Of a DNA stretch of 64,000 bases, positions 9,801 through 18,694 are shown one piece after another (position 1 is the first letter of the stretch; each line of letters begins with the position of its first letter). This DNA is from Cytophagaceae bacterium (GTDB taxonomy: Bacteria; Bacteroidota; Bacteroidia; Cytophagales; Spirosomataceae): the NCBI GenBank assembly GCA_027491315.1, contig JAIXWL010000016.1, positions 73,454-137,453 of the forward strand. Direction: 5' to 3'. Position numbers and translations under genes: made by a program. A model generated the notes under the pieces. It was not told the DNA's origin and ran no database searches. It saw nothing but the letters and a program-made list of their open reading frames with translations.

Positions 9801-10916
9801 TTAATTTTCAGGAGTCTCTGTTGACAAACTATCCTTTTGAATGTGGGTGGAATCTGAATTTCGATTCATTAATCGATATCGTAGACTCTTAAATCGATTA
9901 TCAGCAGGGTATAATCGCTGGGCTGAATCCAATAAGGCTATACTTTTCAATCTTTCTCCTAAATAGAGCCAACAAATCGACTTGGTAAACAAAGCTTCCG
10001 TGTTGTAAGGACTTCCTGAAGGCACTTTGTCAAAAAAGGCTATCGCTTTGTAATAATCTCTGTTTTTGAAATAAAAACCTCCTAATTCAGCATATAAACT
10101 TGGGTTATTGGGAAAAGCGGCCAAAACACTGGAATATACCTTTTCTGCACGGGGAATTTGATGAATCTTTGCCAAAAATCTAGCCCAATAACGTAATAAA
10201 TGTGGGTCATTGGGAAATTTCTTCCTTGCCGCTAAAAGTTGAGCTTGATAATCGAGCATCGCTAACCTATCGCCTTGATGCTTAAAATAGAGTCTAGCCA
10301 ACGGCGTTTCGGAGAGATAAACCTGACTACTATCTCGAACCGTTTTTAACCAGGTTAGGGTATCGCCTACAGAAAGATTACGTAAAGTATAAACATATGC
10401 TCTATCCTTAGGAGAAAGCCCTACTTTTAAACTTTTAGCCAAATAGTAATTAGCCATTTTAACTTGACCTTGCTGGGCATATATTTCTGCCAATAAAATC
10501 CATAAACCAGGGGTAGCAAAGCCTGCTTCCTCCAATGATTTAGCATCTTTTAATGCCTCTGTATATTCTTCTAAATGAAAATGAAGCTGAGCTGAAAGAA
10601 ATAAATAATCTAAATCCCCAGATTCAATCTGCAAGGCTCGTTGAATATCTTCGGATGCCAAGATATATTTCCTTTGTTTAAAATAGGCCTTAGAACGTAA
10701 GTAATATAGCGAAGAAGAAGGCTTATCCTCAAGAAGTGCACTAATATATTGAATCACCCGTTGAGGATCCTCACCTTTTAAAAATGCCGTAGCCGGAGGT
10801 ATTTTTTCGCCTTTTGAATCCTGATTTGTTTCACAGGAGAACAAAAGAATGCTGAAACCCAACAAGCCTATCCAAGAAACAATTAAAATCCTATATCGAT
10901 TACCAAAGGATACCAC
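9801..10916 (-). CDS. TPR-repeat lipoprotein, function unknown
   Basis: 371 aa. The signal peptide ends in an LLFSC lipobox, and repeated A/Y/L-rich TPR-like helices are present (YYLRSKAYFKQRKY, AEIYAQQGQVKMANYY, GGFYFKNRDYYKAIAFF). The start is GTG and overlaps the upstream ORF by 34 nt, so its position is uncertain. Confidence 0.6.
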   Translation of the reverse strand: MVSFGNRYRILIVSWIGLLGFSILLFSCETNQDSKGEKIPPATAFLKGEDPQRVIQYISALLEDKPSSSLYYLRSKAYFKQRKYILASEDIQRALQIESGDLDYLFLSAQLHFHLEEYTEALKDAKSLEEAGFATPGLWILLAEIYAQQGQVKMANYYLAKSLKVGLSPKDRAYVYTLRNLSVGDTLTWLKTVRDSSQVYLSETPLARLYFKHQGDRLAMLDYQAQLLAARKKFPNDPHLLRYWARFLAKIHQIPRAEKVYSSVLAAFPNNPSLYAELGGFYFKNRDYYKAIAFFDKVPSGSPYNTEALFTKSICWLYLGERLKSIALLDSAQRLYPADNRFKSLRYRLMNRNSDSTHIQKDSLSTETPEN

Positions 10917-13693
10917 TCGATTTGCTTGGTTTGAGATTTATATAAACAACGTACTCCGATTTCAAATGTTTGGGAAAAACGCATCAAGTGAAATTGGGAC
11001 GACAAATCTACACCGAATGATTGGAAAGTGGTGGTTGTCGATCCATCTTTTGCGATATTTTCACCTTGTGAAGCATCAAAAAATATATTTCCTTTTAATC
11101 GCTTTACATACAATAACCTACCCACATTAAAATCGGTATTGGCAATAGGAAACTTATAATCTGCTGAAAATGTATACAATCGATTATACAAAACAGTGGT
11201 ATAACCACGAGGTAGTGCTAAAGTACTGGCAAACGTATAATTTCCATTAGATTGTTGCTGGTATGCCCCACGCAAGGAAATACCATGGTGTCTAAATAAT
11301 CCAGGAACAAAAGTTTTTAATTGAACAGACCAAATTTCAGACTTCAAATTTTGGCTAAAAGGAGTTCCTTGCCAATTAAATCCAAATTGATATCCCCAAG
11401 GTGATTGTACGTCCCAATAGGCCCTATTTAATAATTTAGAATAGGAAATAGCATGTGTCATGGATGAATACATGCCATTAAATGCTTCATTTTTATATCT
11501 CAATGGCAAATCATAACCATCGACTTGAAAAAAAGAATACGTAGTAGACAAGGTTAAAAATTCTGAAAAGGCCGAATGAGTTAAATTAATTGGTAAGCGA
11601 ATGCCTACATCGCCTTTAGTTTGAGTCCATCTGTCTGTTCTTAAACTATCTAATGGAGCTTTTCTATCAATATACAAGCTAGTACTTCGTTGACTACTTT
11701 GAAAGGAGGCATCTAAAATGGGATATAGCCCTTGATAAGAAAAACGGGCAAATTGGGTACCCGATCGTTCATTAGGGTCAAATTGATATCCTAAGCCCGC
11801 TTGGAAGGTATTGGTGATATTTTTAGATAATAGACTGATTTCCAATTGATTTCCTTGAGCAGCAATTAGCGGTCCCCAAGAATACACATTAAAAATGTTC
11901 CATTTGGAGTATTTTTGAGTAGCATAAGCTGGTCTAATTTCATCGAATGATTTTTTTACTGGGATGATTTCTAAATTATTCCAGGCATGATCACTTAGTT
12001 TTTTTTCTACAATAGCGTCTCCTGAGGCACGATAAGTTTGAAAAATAACCTTTTCGTTATTCCAACTTTGAGCAGAATATGCACCAAATGGAGCATTGCT
12101 GATAACCTGTTTTTGATGTTTCTTTAGATGAATACGCACAATTTGATCAATGCCATTGACGGGCTCATTAAAATAGACATAATCCCCCTGCAAAAAAGGA
12201 GAAGCAATATTGTTACTTCCTAATGGAATTTCATGTAGCATGTTTAAGCCTTCTAAATCCAAAATTCGAATCGATTTTTGATATTGTTTTTTGACAATGA
12301 AGACGATTCTATTCAAATCTGCTAATCGGGCATGAAGTACTTGTTCTCCAGCAGCAATATGTATTTTTTTAAGCAATTGCCTTGTTTCTACATCCAAAAG
12401 CAAAAGGTGCGAGGAACCAGCATTATTTTGAACAAGGGTTAACACTAATTTCCCATCTTGGCTTAAAGAGGGGTTTAACCATTTTTCATCACCATCCCAA
12501 AAAGTCTTTTCTTTGGTTTCTCGGTTGAATAATACCAATCTAGTACCTTGTTTTTGTCCCCATCGAGGATCAAATTTAATTTCAGACCAAACGATCCATT
12601 GCGAAGTGGCAGATAACATATTCATTTCTGCCATCGGACCTATTTTGCACAATACTTTTTCTTTTCCATGGCTTATTTCTACTAGAACAGGAATTGTAGA
12701 AAAACCAGATTTAATAGCGACAAAAGTGTTTTCAGAAATCCAACATGGAAATTTATAAGGAGTAAAACCTTTGGAGACTTTTGGACTGATTTGTTCACCT
12801 GGCTCAGTCTGAGATATTTTATTTTTTTGAATAGAATCCCGTAATTCCTTCAAAGCCAATTGACTAAAGCGGTCGATACTTAAACCTGTCTTTTTCTTCA
12901 AAACAGAAGAAAAAGCGAAAGGATAGGGGCGTAGCAAGGCATTTTGCCAGATTAAACCAATGGCAGAATCACCCTGTTTTTTTCGAATATATTGACTTAA
13001 AAATTGACCAAAAATATAATGATTAGGGACATATTGTCGATATGACTTACCCATCAATTTTCCATAAGAAGGTATTCCATATTCGGTTAAATAAGCATGC
13101 AAGGGCAAATAAAACTCAGGGATTTTACTTCTACCCGTTGGGTTTAATTTTGTTTCTGTCTCTACCGCGTCACCTTCCCAAAGCCAATTAGGAATGATTA
13201 AATTGGAGTACAATGCTTGACCATTACTCCCCCATAAACTTCTAAAAAACTTAGCTAAACCTTGTCGACCTAACTCGTTTTGAAACATGTGCCTAGTCTC
13301 ATGACTAACCAACATCTCCAACCACTCATTCGTCCCAACTAAGGCAGGATTTTGGGTAGGAATAGTAAAAAATTCAGCTCTGGGGGCATTTAAACTAACA
13401 AATCCATTGGAATATATTCCCCTATTTTGAAGTACAACTTTCCAAGGATGAAGTTTACTTGGTAGTGTTTTTCCAACCTGATTGACATGTTTTTCTAGGT
13501 AATAAGCAGTCAATTGAGCTAAACTATCAGCATCATTGGGATAAATAATTTGTATCGGCTGATTGGGTACTTGAATGCGTTTCCATTGAATCGATGCTGG
13601 ATTTTGATCTAATAGGGCATAATTTAATTGAGCCCTAGAAATAAAGCATAGGCCTAATACCAACCATACTATAAATAATTTCCTTAAAGCCAT
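10883..13693 (-). CDS. Large secreted/outer-membrane protein with an HExxH peptidase-like N-domain, a beta-propeller-like middle and a beta-barrel-like C-terminus
   Basis: 936 aa with an ATG start and the signal peptide MALRKLFIVWLVLGLCFISRAQ. HETRH (nt 13289-13303) is followed about 40 aa later by WLWEGDAVETE. The C-terminal third is rich in alternating aromatic strands and ends in IDIGF. Confidence 0.55.
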   Translation of the reverse strand: MALRKLFIVWLVLGLCFISRAQLNYALLDQNPASIQWKRIQVPNQPIQIIYPNDADSLAQLTAYYLEKHVNQVGKTLPSKLHPWKVVLQNRGIYSNGFVSLNAPRAEFFTIPTQNPALVGTNEWLEMLVSHETRHMFQNELGRQGLAKFFRSLWGSNGQALYSNLIIPNWLWEGDAVETETKLNPTGRSKIPEFYLPLHAYLTEYGIPSYGKLMGKSYRQYVPNHYIFGQFLSQYIRKKQGDSAIGLIWQNALLRPYPFAFSSVLKKKTGLSIDRFSQLALKELRDSIQKNKISQTEPGEQISPKVSKGFTPYKFPCWISENTFVAIKSGFSTIPVLVEISHGKEKVLCKIGPMAEMNMLSATSQWIVWSEIKFDPRWGQKQGTRLVLFNRETKEKTFWDGDEKWLNPSLSQDGKLVLTLVQNNAGSSHLLLLDVETRQLLKKIHIAAGEQVLHARLADLNRIVFIVKKQYQKSIRILDLEGLNMLHEIPLGSNNIASPFLQGDYVYFNEPVNGIDQIVRIHLKKHQKQVISNAPFGAYSAQSWNNEKVIFQTYRASGDAIVEKKLSDHAWNNLEIIPVKKSFDEIRPAYATQKYSKWNIFNVYSWGPLIAAQGNQLEISLLSKNITNTFQAGLGYQFDPNERSGTQFARFSYQGLYPILDASFQSSQRSTSLYIDRKAPLDSLRTDRWTQTKGDVGIRLPINLTHSAFSEFLTLSTTYSFFQVDGYDLPLRYKNEAFNGMYSSMTHAISYSKLLNRAYWDVQSPWGYQFGFNWQGTPFSQNLKSEIWSVQLKTFVPGLFRHHGISLRGAYQQQSNGNYTFASTLALPRGYTTVLYNRLYTFSADYKFPIANTDFNVGRLLYVKRLKGNIFFDASQGENIAKDGSTTTTFQSFGVDLSSQFHLMRFSQTFEIGVRCLYKSQTKQIEWYPLVIDIGF

Positions 13694-15099
13694 TTTAGAA
13701 TAAAATCAAGCATCCAACGGACCTTTAAATGATATGGAGGATATAAAAATTTCATCATTCGACTATGTTGAACTAACACAGATTTTTGATTAGAAAACTC
13801 AATAAATCCATATTTACCACCTGTTTTACCTATTCCTGAATGATTAACACCTCCAAATGGAAGCTCTCCATGTCCGTAATGTATCAGACAATCATTCACT
13901 ACCACACCTCCGGAGCTCGTATTTTTTAGGATATGCTGAGTAAACTCTTCTTGTTCAGAAAAAATATAAAGAGCTAGTGGCTTTTCTTCTTTCGCTAATT
14001 GGTCGATAATTTCCTGTTCATCTTTATATACCAAAATGGGTAGAATAGGACCAAAAATCTCCTCGCGCATGATGTTCATATCATGGTGACAGTTGGTCAA
14101 TACGGTTGGGGCCATGTAACAGTCCTTTTCATCCGTTTCGCCTCCAAATAATACATTCGCACCATGAAGTTTAGCATCTTCTAACAAATTCATGATTCGA
14201 CTAAAATGCCTTGAGTTGACAATCCTAGCATAATCTTTACTTTGCTGAATACCTTTTTTCTCGGGATTGTAAAACGTGTTAACTGATTTTTCTAAAGCTT
14301 CCAGAAATGCGAAATAATGCCTTTCATGAACATATACATAATCTGGAGCAATACATGTTTGCCCATTATTCAAAAATTTACCCCAAGCGATTTTTTGTGC
14401 TGATGCTTCAATATCAGCTTGTGGCCCTACGATAGCAGGTGATTTACCTCCCAACTCTAGGGTTACCGAAGTAAGATGCTCAGCGGCTGCTTTCATCACT
14501 AATTTCCCAATCATGGGACTACCGGTAAAAAATATGTGATCAAACTTTTGTTCCAATAAATAAGTGGAAACAGAAGCATCTCCCTCAAAAACAGCCACTT
14601 CACTTCGATCAAAAAGGACCGTAATCATCTTTTTTATAAACGAAGAGGTCGCAGGACTTAATTCAGATGGCTTCAATATTACGGCATTACCAGCAGCGAT
14701 GGCCAATAGTAAGGGGCAGATGGCTAAATTGAAAGGGTAGTTCCATGGAGCAATGATTAAACACATACCTTTGGCTTCCATTTGGACGTAACCTTGGGTA
14801 CCTAAAAGTAGAAGAGGAGTATCTACTTTTTGCGGTTTCATCCAAGATTTCAGATGTGAGCAGATATGATCAATTTCTCTTTTTACTCCCAGCAACTCTG
14901 CTAATATTACCTCAGAGGAAGGTTTTTTAAAATCATCATATAAAGCATCAAACAATTCCTTTTTATGAGAAATCATGTATTTTTCAATGGATCTCAATTT
15001 TTCAATACGTTCTTTATAGGTCGTATTTTTAAGACGTGATAAGGTAGATTTTTGAATCCAAAATACTTCTGCAATTTGATCTTCTGTTGATGAAACCAT
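13684..15099 (-). CDS. NAD(P)-dependent aldehyde dehydrogenase, ALDH3-like (fatty/aromatic aldehyde type)
   Basis: 471 aa with the motifs ELGGKSP, NNGQTCIAPDY (catalytic Cys) and EEIFGPILP. The length and N-terminus are typical of class 3 ALDH. Confidence 0.85.
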   Translation of the reverse strand: MVSSTEDQIAEVFWIQKSTLSRLKNTTYKERIEKLRSIEKYMISHKKELFDALYDDFKKPSSEVILAELLGVKREIDHICSHLKSWMKPQKVDTPLLLLGTQGYVQMEAKGMCLIIAPWNYPFNLAICPLLLAIAAGNAVILKPSELSPATSSFIKKMITVLFDRSEVAVFEGDASVSTYLLEQKFDHIFFTGSPMIGKLVMKAAAEHLTSVTLELGGKSPAIVGPQADIEASAQKIAWGKFLNNGQTCIAPDYVYVHERHYFAFLEALEKSVNTFYNPEKKGIQQSKDYARIVNSRHFSRIMNLLEDAKLHGANVLFGGETDEKDCYMAPTVLTNCHHDMNIMREEIFGPILPILVYKDEQEIIDQLAKEEKPLALYIFSEQEEFTQHILKNTSSGGVVVNDCLIHYGHGELPFGGVNHSGIGKTGGKYGFIEFSNQKSVLVQHSRMMKFLYPPYHLKVRWMLDFILKWL

Positions 15100-15104
15100 G
15101 GATT

Positions 15105-15854
15105 TTAAGTCTTAAATATTTCTCTTAAACTGTTTTCTAAACCATCAAAATACCGATTGTTACCAGAGGGCTTTCGTAAAGAATCCCCAGCTACATACCA
15201 TAAACCATCACCAGGATAAACCGCAAACGACTGGGTATTCTTCAATTCTTCTTTAGCTTTATCCGATTGAAAATCAGCTATATAAACGGTATTCATTAAA
15301 GCTTGTAAACGATCCCAATCCGAAATTGTTTTTAAAACCGATCCTGATTCTTGATAGGTAAAGTTCAGGTGTTGAAAAGACAACTCACCTTCAATCCTTA
15401 CCCATTCGTCTAATTCATTTTTAAACTGAAAGCCCAGAAACAAGGGCAATTCTCTACCTGCGGTTTCGAAAATGGATTGAATAAACTCTTGAATTAAGTT
15501 TTCTTCAATTTCAAGCATTCTAGGCACTTTGGTGGTACTGTTAGGATATTCCAACATGATGAAAGGTTCTTCATCCCTTGGCTTACAAGATCCCGATTTA
15601 TAGGTATCAAATCTAGCGGCTAATCTTTGTTGCCATGCTGGCGAAATACTTCCTTTCCAAGTCCAAGTTTCTTCGGTTGGTAAGCCTTCCGCCAATAATT
15701 CTTCTTTTGAAAAATCTTCACGGTCGGTATATTGTATTTCTACGTCCAAAGAGGCATTGTCGGAGCCAAACTCAACAAATCGAATCAAGGCTTCGAAATG
15801 ATAGGGAGCCGGCACATTATTGGCACTCTCGTAAAATAAATTAAAATTTGTCAT
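15105..15854 (-). CDS. Hypothetical protein
   Basis: 249-aa ORF with an ATG start. It overlaps the menE stop by 14 nt and ends 5 nt before the ALDH start, so its coding status is supported by operon packing. I recognise no family. Confidence 0.55.
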   Translation of the reverse strand: MTNFNLFYESANNVPAPYHFEALIRFVEFGSDNASLDVEIQYTDREDFSKEELLAEGLPTEETWTWKGSISPAWQQRLAARFDTYKSGSCKPRDEEPFIMLEYPNSTTKVPRMLEIEENLIQEFIQSIFETAGRELPLFLGFQFKNELDEWVRIEGELSFQHLNFTYQESGSVLKTISDWDRLQALMNTVYIADFQSDKAKEELKNTQSFAVYPGDGLWYVAGDSLRKPSGNNRYFDGLENSLREIFKT

Positions 15855-16923
15855 GGGCAGATGATTCTTTGGATATAGATTGGAGATACAAAGCTACCGT
15901 TTTCAGGTTATCCAATTTACCATTTGAATTAAATAAGAAGTTTGGTAAGTAAATAATCAACTTAGGAATTTGTTTTGAGGACAAATGACGTAATAAATAT
16001 TGCCTTAATGGGGCATCTAAAGCCAGATTCACTTGAGATTCTATAAAAAGAACAGCTATTTGACCATATAATTTATCAGGTATACCAGCTACAAATGAGC
16101 GATTAGAAAGACCATTTTCAAAAAAATATGCTTGAATATGCTTTTCAACAAGGCTGGGCATCAATTTCATTCCACCAGAATTGATGATAAAATCCTTACG
16201 TCCTAATATCCTGAAACTTTGATCCTCCCTTAATTCCGCTACATCATTGGTTTCAATCCATGCATTTGAAGTAACACTGGATTTTATGCATAAACAAGCA
16301 TCCTGATTCAATTTAAGTTCCACCCCTGGAAGTGGGCGCAGGTATTCATCTATTTCTAAAGAAATGGGTCGATAGGCGATATGCGAGACCGTTTCCGTCA
16401 TACCGTAAGTTAAATATATAGGGAAAACTTGCTGTTTGGCCAGATTTTCAATATCGATAGAAATGGCGGCACCGCCTACTAAAACTCCTTTGGCTTGTTG
16501 AAAAGACAGACATAAGGACTCATTTTGCAGAATATATTGCAACTGTGGGGGAACCAATGAAGTCAAATGAAAAGAAAAATCAGTCGGTATTTCAGGTTGA
16601 TTACTTGGTTCTATGATGACAAGCTCTAAATCCCAAACCAAGGCCCGAACAAGCACCATGGCTCCTCCGATAAATTTAACAGGTAAACATAATAAGGCCG
16701 TATTACCAGCTTGTAATCCTAACCATTGACCCGTTAATTGTGCTGAATGCAGCATTTGATCCCGATGAATTCGAATAGCTTTGGGATGCCCCGTTGAACC
16801 CGAGGTATGGAATTCAAACCACTCATTTCCAGCATTCCATGACTGACAAAATTCGATCACCTCAGTTTCAAATGGAGTGGATGGAATGGGGAAGGAATTG
16901 GACTTTGGAGAAATTACCAGCAT
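15841..16923 (-). CDS. menE: O-succinylbenzoate--CoA ligase (short Bacteroidota-type AMP-dependent synthetase)
   Basis: 360 aa with the AMP-binding motif HTSGSTGHPKAI and YGMTET. It lies divergent from menB, and the short length matches Bacteroidota MenE as I recall it. Confidence 0.7.
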   Translation of the reverse strand: MLVISPKSNSFPIPSTPFETEVIEFCQSWNAGNEWFEFHTSGSTGHPKAIRIHRDQMLHSAQLTGQWLGLQAGNTALLCLPVKFIGGAMVLVRALVWDLELVIIEPSNQPEIPTDFSFHLTSLVPPQLQYILQNESLCLSFQQAKGVLVGGAAISIDIENLAKQQVFPIYLTYGMTETVSHIAYRPISLEIDEYLRPLPGVELKLNQDACLCIKSSVTSNAWIETNDVAELREDQSFRILGRKDFIINSGGMKLMPSLVEKHIQAYFFENGLSNRSFVAGIPDKLYGQIAVLFIESQVNLALDAPLRQYLLRHLSSKQIPKLIIYLPNFLFNSNGKLDNLKTVALYLQSISKESSAHDKF

Positions 16924-16962
16924 ATATTCAATGAATCATTCCAAAATTAACCAAACATTCTC

Positions 16963-16970
16963 TAATTTTG
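16963..16970 (+). promoter_or_regulatory. Candidate Bacteroidota -7 promoter box (TAATTTTG)
   Basis: An exact TAnnTTTG match lies 37 nt upstream of the ATG at 17007, in the 77-bp divergent menE/menB-side spacer. Confidence 0.3.
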
Positions 16971-17006
16971 AGGGTTACAGCTAGGATTTACCTTAATTAA
17001 TTGAGC

Positions 17007-17456
17007 ATGTCTGAAGATCCTTTCTTGAATCCCATCAATCCTGATAAAGTCGCCCAAAACCCTGGACTTTTACCTTATGCCCATACAGCGGGCTCAGCCG
17101 TTATTAAACCGGAGGATATGGGGAAAACCAAGGGGCGTTCGGTGAAAGCGATGAGACAGCAGACGGATCGACAAATGAACCAGCTGTACGAGCAGATGGA
17201 AGTTTTGGCGAAGCAAGCCAAATTATTAGCAGAAAGAAAAGAAATATCAGAAAGGATTTACGATGCAGCTATGGGGTTTGAACCCATCATCAGTGAAACC
17301 TACTATTTATACGAAAAAGAAAACGGTACGGATTTATTATCCTTGGTAGCCCCTCATGAATGGGGTCGCTCATTTAAATATAGCCGATTTTTAGCCAAAG
17401 TAACTTTATTAGCAGACCATACCTGGGATGTGATTTACAACCAAGAAAACGAATAA
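17007..17456 (+). CDS. Hypothetical protein (resembles the DUF2452 family by recollection)
   Basis: The track start is TTG at 17001, but the ATG at 17007 is more likely. It stops 4 nt before menB. LPYAHTAGSAVIKP and the central coiled segment look like the small conserved Bacteroidota protein found upstream of menB. Confidence 0.6.
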   Translation: MSEDPFLNPINPDKVAQNPGLLPYAHTAGSAVIKPEDMGKTKGRSVKAMRQQTDRQMNQLYEQMEVLAKQAKLLAERKEISERIYDAAMGFEPIISETYYLYEKENGTDLLSLVAPHEWGRSFKYSRFLAKVTLLADHTWDVIYNQENE

Positions 17457-17459
17457 ACC

Positions 17460-18284
17460 ATGACATCAAATTTTCCCTGGAAAACGATCAAGGAATACGA
17501 AGAAATTCTATTTCAACAATACAATGGAATAGCCAAAATTTCCATCAACCGTCCGCATAAACACAATGCTTTTACCCCAAAAACGGTACAGGAGATGTCG
17601 GAAGCCATGGAATTAGCCCGACAAGACACCTCGGTAGGTGTAGTAATTTTAACGGGTGAAGGAGGAAAAGCCTTTTGTTCAGGTGGTGACCAAAGTGTGC
17701 GTGGAGATGGGGGATATGTTGGACAAGATTTAGTACCTCGATTAAATGTTTTGGATTTACAAAGACAAATCAGAACCATTCCTAAACCGGTTATTGCCAT
17801 GGTGGCAGGCTGGGCTATCGGTGGTGGCCATGTATTGCATGTGGTTTGTGATTTATCCATTGCCGCAGATAATGCGCGTTTTGGACAAACTGGACCCAAT
17901 GTTGGTTCTTTTGACGGAGGCTTTGGCGCATCTTATTTAGCCCGGGTAGTAGGTCAAAAGAAGGCTAGAGAAATTTGGTATTTATGCGACCAATACGATG
18001 CTCAGGAGGCACTTCAAATGGGCTTAGTAAATAAAGTGGTTCCTTTGGATCAATTAGAAGCTACTACCATTTCATGGTGTGAGCGCATTTTAGAAAAAAG
18101 TCCGATTGCATTACGTATGCTTAAATCATCATTTAATGCTGAATTAGATGGTCAAGCGGGTATTCAAGAATTAGCAGGAAATGCTACTTTACTCTATTAT
18201 TTATCGGATGAAGCTAAAGAAGGTAAAAATGCCTTTTTAGAAAAAAGAAAACCTGATTTCTCTAAATTCCCAAAATTTCCTTGA
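17460..18284 (+). CDS. menB: 1,4-dihydroxy-2-naphthoyl-CoA synthase
   Basis: 274 aa with a crotonase fold. Motifs are [38 protein letters not shown] and [14 protein letters not shown]. Confidence 0.95.
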   Translation: MTSNFPWKTIKEYEEILFQQYNGIAKISINRPHKHNAFTPKTVQEMSEAMELARQDTSVGVVILTGEGGKAFCSGGDQSVRGDGGYVGQDLVPRLNVLDLQRQIRTIPKPVIAMVAGWAIGGGHVLHVVCDLSIAADNARFGQTGPNVGSFDGGFGASYLARVVGQKKAREIWYLCDQYDAQEALQMGLVNKVVPLDQLEATTISWCERILEKSPIALRMLKSSFNAELDGQAGIQELAGNATLLYYLSDEAKEGKNAFLEKRKPDFSKFPKFP

Positions 18285-18285
18285 T

Positions 18286-18690
18286 ATGAATCATTGGTTA
18301 GTAAAATCAGAACCGTTCAAATATTCTTGGGATGATTTCGTTAAAGAAGGTAAATCCGTTTGGGATGGGGTAAGAAATTACCAAGCTAGGAACAATATGA
18401 TGGCCATGAAGAAAGGGGATTGGGTGTATTTTTATCATTCCAATGAGGGCCTCGAGGTGGTTGGATTAGCTGAAGTAAGTAAGGAACACTATCCCGACCC
18501 CACTACCGACGATCCACGCTGGGTGGTCGTTGAATTAGTTCCCATTCGAAAGTTTAAAAAATCCGTCACACTAAAACAGATGAAATCAGATGAACGTTTG
18601 AGCAACTTGGCCTTAATTAAGCAGTCTAGACTTTCTGTAACACCAGTTGACAAACCCGAATTTGATATTATCATGAGCCTAACAGAATAA
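18286..18690 (+). CDS. EVE domain protein (PUA-like fold)
   Basis: 134 aa. MNHWLVKSEPFKYSWDDF...WDGVRNYQARNNM..GDWVYFYHSN is the typical EVE domain signature. Confidence 0.8.
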   Translation: MNHWLVKSEPFKYSWDDFVKEGKSVWDGVRNYQARNNMMAMKKGDWVYFYHSNEGLEVVGLAEVSKEHYPDPTTDDPRWVVVELVPIRKFKKSVTLKQMKSDERLSNLALIKQSRLSVTPVDKPEFDIIMSLTE

Positions 18691-18694
18691 TATT

